From a virus: a stretch of DNA of 64,000 nucleotides. The stretch's first letter is position 1; every line of letters starts with the position of its first letter. The position numbers were made by a program, and so were the translations under genes. This document shows positions 61,468 to 64,000 of the stretch, piece after piece. The stretch is taken from positions 1 to 64,000 of IMG/VR virus record IMGVR_UViG_3300028829_005098; one strand, 5' to 3'. The notes beneath the pieces were generated by a model. The model was not told where the DNA came from, did no database searches, and saw only the letters and a list, made by a program, of their open reading frames with translations.

Positions 61468-64000
61468 TCAAACGTCATATTTTATCAAAAAATTTATTGG
61501 GTAATTTGGAATAATTTTCACAGGTTTAGCAAGTTTAGCAGTCATAACTAAATCAGGACCATCATATAAACCTACGGTTGTAGCATATGGTGCTAAATAA
61601 CTACCCTTTTTATCCTGCTTGTTTTTCTCTTCATAATCCAAGAAATTGTTTAATATTTTACGACCATTGTATTTTCCTGTTTTTTGATCTAAATATTCTA
61701 TAATTTGATAAGCATTGGGTCTTTTTATATTTCTATAAAACGGACTTACTAATCCATCGGTGAGTGCTTTTCCTGTTCTTCCGACAAAATATCTTGCAAG
61801 AAGTTTTGCGTCCGATGCACCAACCACACCGTCACCGTCAATATCAAGACCATTCATACCTAAAAGTCTTAATGCATCTAGTCTATCTAGTATTTTTAAA
61901 TCTTCTTCTTTTGAATTATTATTATTTACAGTAAGGTTATTTAAAATATTCATAATAATAACATCATCTGCTTCACTAATAATAACATCATCATTTGGCC
62001 ATTTGGCATCTTGCTCAAGCACTAAACTATTATCCACTTCAGCTGATGTGTCTTCTGTTTCACTTACTCGTTTAAATGAACCTAGAATATAACGATATAT
62101 ATAAGATAAATCAACTATATCAAATTTTCCGTCATCTGTTACATCAAAGTCAATATCTTCAATTTCTACCGAACTTGGATTTGTACTAACATTAAACTCA
62201 TGTGGATTGACTTTACATACCACTTCATTTTCATATATAGAATTTATTCCATCAAATGAAATTTCATATCCACGCCTACCACCGAGTGAAAGCATATTGC
62301 TAAAATACTCAGTAAGTTCAGTAATAACTGCGATACCATTTTTATAAAATACATTTCCAACATAAACTCTATCTCCGTCACGAATAGTTTTTACGTCATA
62401 TGATATAACCGATCCTTCAACTTGTAATTCGTTATGTTCTAAATTTCCCCAAATAATATCACCACGTTGAGAAAATACATGAGAACAATTATCAAACGAC
62501 ACAATGTTATCATCACCGAAACTTGATATTTGATCTATTGGCCAATCACCAAGAACGGGATTTCCAACATAAATTCGTGTTGAACTTAAAGAAACACTTT
62601 CTCCATATTGAGTTTTGACATTGTTTTTTTCTTTAACACTAACAATTTCTTTTATTGTATAAAGATTATCAGCATCGTCTATTCTATAATATTTTGCACA
62701 ACCTTGTATACTATTTCGTTTAATATTATATATAAATTCTATTTCCTCGGTTGGATCAAACAAATGTCCAATCGTTTTTACAAAGAAACAAATCTTACTA
62801 TTTTCAAATTTGGTTTTATCACGATATACACCACGTGTAAGTGTTCCGTTTCCGTCTGTATCTATATAGTTTTTTTCGGAATAAATAAATGATGCTCGTA
62901 TTTCAAAGTCAGAGATAGTTTCTAAGTCAATATCTGTAATTGATTTTGTATCAATGCATATCATCATGTCTACTTGATTCAAACCTAGATATTCATATTC
63001 AAAAGATGTAAATAAACTTTGGACAACTGTATAAAATTCTTCCGAATTATTTTCTACTCCAAGTTTATAATCAGGAATTTTAAATTCTTTGCCTTCGTTT
63101 AATATCTGTATTCTACTTTGGTCTGTACATGGTGATCCAATTAATAAATCATTTCCTATTAACGATACATCACAACCGAATTTATTATTGTATCTCCGTT
63201 CAACATCATCGTCTTCGTATATCTTTCTTATATAATTTAATGTATTATCTTCAATCTTATACATCCACACAGATCCTGCTGAGAAAGAAATTCCCTGCGT
63301 TAACTCTACATCCGTGTCTACATATTTCCTATCATTTGAATCTCCGATGAATATATACTTTCCATTAGTTTCAAGTGATGTACCAAAGTTACTATATTTA
63401 TTTTCAAAATATTTATATGGATATTTTACCATATCTTTTCTAGATTCTACATTTACTATCTTTGGATTTATTGAAAAACTAATTACAGATGGTGTTCCCA
63501 CTAAAAATGATCCCAAATATCTGCCTATATATATATTATGGTCTCCTGCGTCAATATCATCAAATTTAATTGTAAATTTGTTTGAACTATCTATAACATT
63601 TCCATTGTGTAAAATTCTACTATTATACTTATCCGTTCCTTCACCGAATAGTTTATCTATTCTATATATAAATCCTTTACCGGTGGATTCTGCAACCTGC
63701 TTTGTTTCCACTTCAATAGTTATTGAATCATCATTAACTTCATACTTTATTTTATTAAAATAGTCTTGAGATAAAATTAACTTACTTGAATCGTAGTTGT
63801 AAATTTCATTCTTATAAAATGACTGAATATGTTTCCAAATATCGCAACTTCCTGTTTCAGATGGTCTTTTTCTAAATAAATATGCTTTTTTGTCATCGGT
63901 GTCAGGTGTAGTAGATAATAAAACATCACCAAACAGTTTTACCTTTTGTCCGAGTTTCTGTGACCCACTTGCTCTTACAATTGAAACAAGTTCCCATGTA
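61468..64000 (-). CDS. Large virion protein (partial; frame open to window end) with FG-GAP-like propeller repeats and dockerin-like Ca-binding repeats
   Basis: No in-frame stop from 63711 to 64000; FGTSL..GKYIFIG, FGCDVSL.GNDLLIGSP, YGESVSL..RIYVG; DVTDDGKFDIVD and DIDGDGVVGASD; C-terminal PYATTVGLYD..LVMTAKLAKP. Confidence 0.75.
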   Translation of the reverse strand, partial: TWELVSIVRASGSQKLGQKVKLFGDVLLSTTPDTDDKKAYLFRKRPSETGSCDIWKHIQSFYKNEIYNYDSSKLILSQDYFNKIKYEVNDDSITIEVETKQVAESTGKGFIYRIDKLFGEGTDKYNSRILHNGNVIDSSNKFTIKFDDIDAGDHNIYIGRYLGSFLVGTPSVISFSINPKIVNVESRKDMVKYPYKYFENKYSNFGTSLETNGKYIFIGDSNDRKYVDTDVELTQGISFSAGSVWMYKIEDNTLNYIRKIYEDDDVERRYNNKFGCDVSLIGNDLLIGSPCTDQSRIQILNEGKEFKIPDYKLGVENNSEEFYTVVQSLFTSFEYEYLGLNQVDMMICIDTKSITDIDLETISDFEIRASFIYSEKNYIDTDGNGTLTRGVYRDKTKFENSKICFFVKTIGHLFDPTEEIEFIYNIKRNSIQGCAKYYRIDDADNLYTIKEIVSVKEKNNVKTQYGESVSLSSTRIYVGNPVLGDWPIDQISSFGDDNIVSFDNCSHVFSQRGDIIWGNLEHNELQVEGSVISYDVKTIRDGDRVYVGNVFYKNGIAVITELTEYFSNMLSLGGRRGYEISFDGINSIYENEVVCKVNPHEFNVSTNPSSVEIEDIDFDVTDDGKFDIVDLSYIYRYILGSFKRVSETEDTSAEVDNSLVLEQDAKWPNDDVIISEADDVIIMNILNNLTVNNNNSKEEDLKILDRLDALRLLGMNGLDIDGDGVVGASDAKLLARYFVGRTGKALTDGLVSPFYRNIKRPNAYQIIEYLDQKTGKYNGRKILNNFLDYEEKNKQDKKGSYLAPYATTVGLYDGPDLVMTAKLAKPVKIIPNYPINFLIKYDV

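Noticed and set aside
1-64000. Alternative genetic code, tRNA genes, homing endonucleases, integrase
   Set aside because: Core genes are full length under the standard code; no cloverleaf, HNH/GIY-YIG/LAGLIDADG or recombinase motifs were recognised by eye (a tRNA scan was not run)

Overview
64-kb, AT-rich segment of a large lytic myovirus of the extended T4 superfamily. Every credible gene is on the minus strand; the plus-strand ORFs look like antisense shadows. In transcription order (right to left): a partial virion protein with beta-propeller and dockerin-like repeats; RuvC-like resolvase; primase; an Mre11/SbcD nuclease split by an inserted GT9-like glycosyltransferase, with its C-terminal part fused to Rad50/SbcC; a putative late operon (P-loop kinase, HIGH-nucleotidyltransferase/ligase-fold fusion, unknowns); large terminase; a lipoprotein; portal; head-core genes, prohead protease, scaffold and major capsid; neck; tail sheath and tube; a frameshift-type tail chaperone pair; tape measure; baseplate genes; a miniature family-A DNA polymerase; a complete PrkA(YeaG)-YeaH-SpoVR operon followed by a DNA methyltransferase; SSB, UvsX/RecA, 5'-3' exonuclease, helicase and the 5' part of nrdA. 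Strongest candidates for new biology: (i) the phage-borne PrkA/YeaH/SpoVR triad; (ii) the two-chain Mre11 with a glycosyltransferase nested in it; (iii) a family of putative capsid-packaged polyproteins with a shared targeting helix and (L/I/V)-x-E cleavage sites, whose cargo includes kinase, nucleotidyltransferase and ligase-fold domains; (iv) a TATTTAT late-promoter motif and widespread predicted leaderless mRNAs. All functional calls come from motif recognition by eye; no database searches were run.
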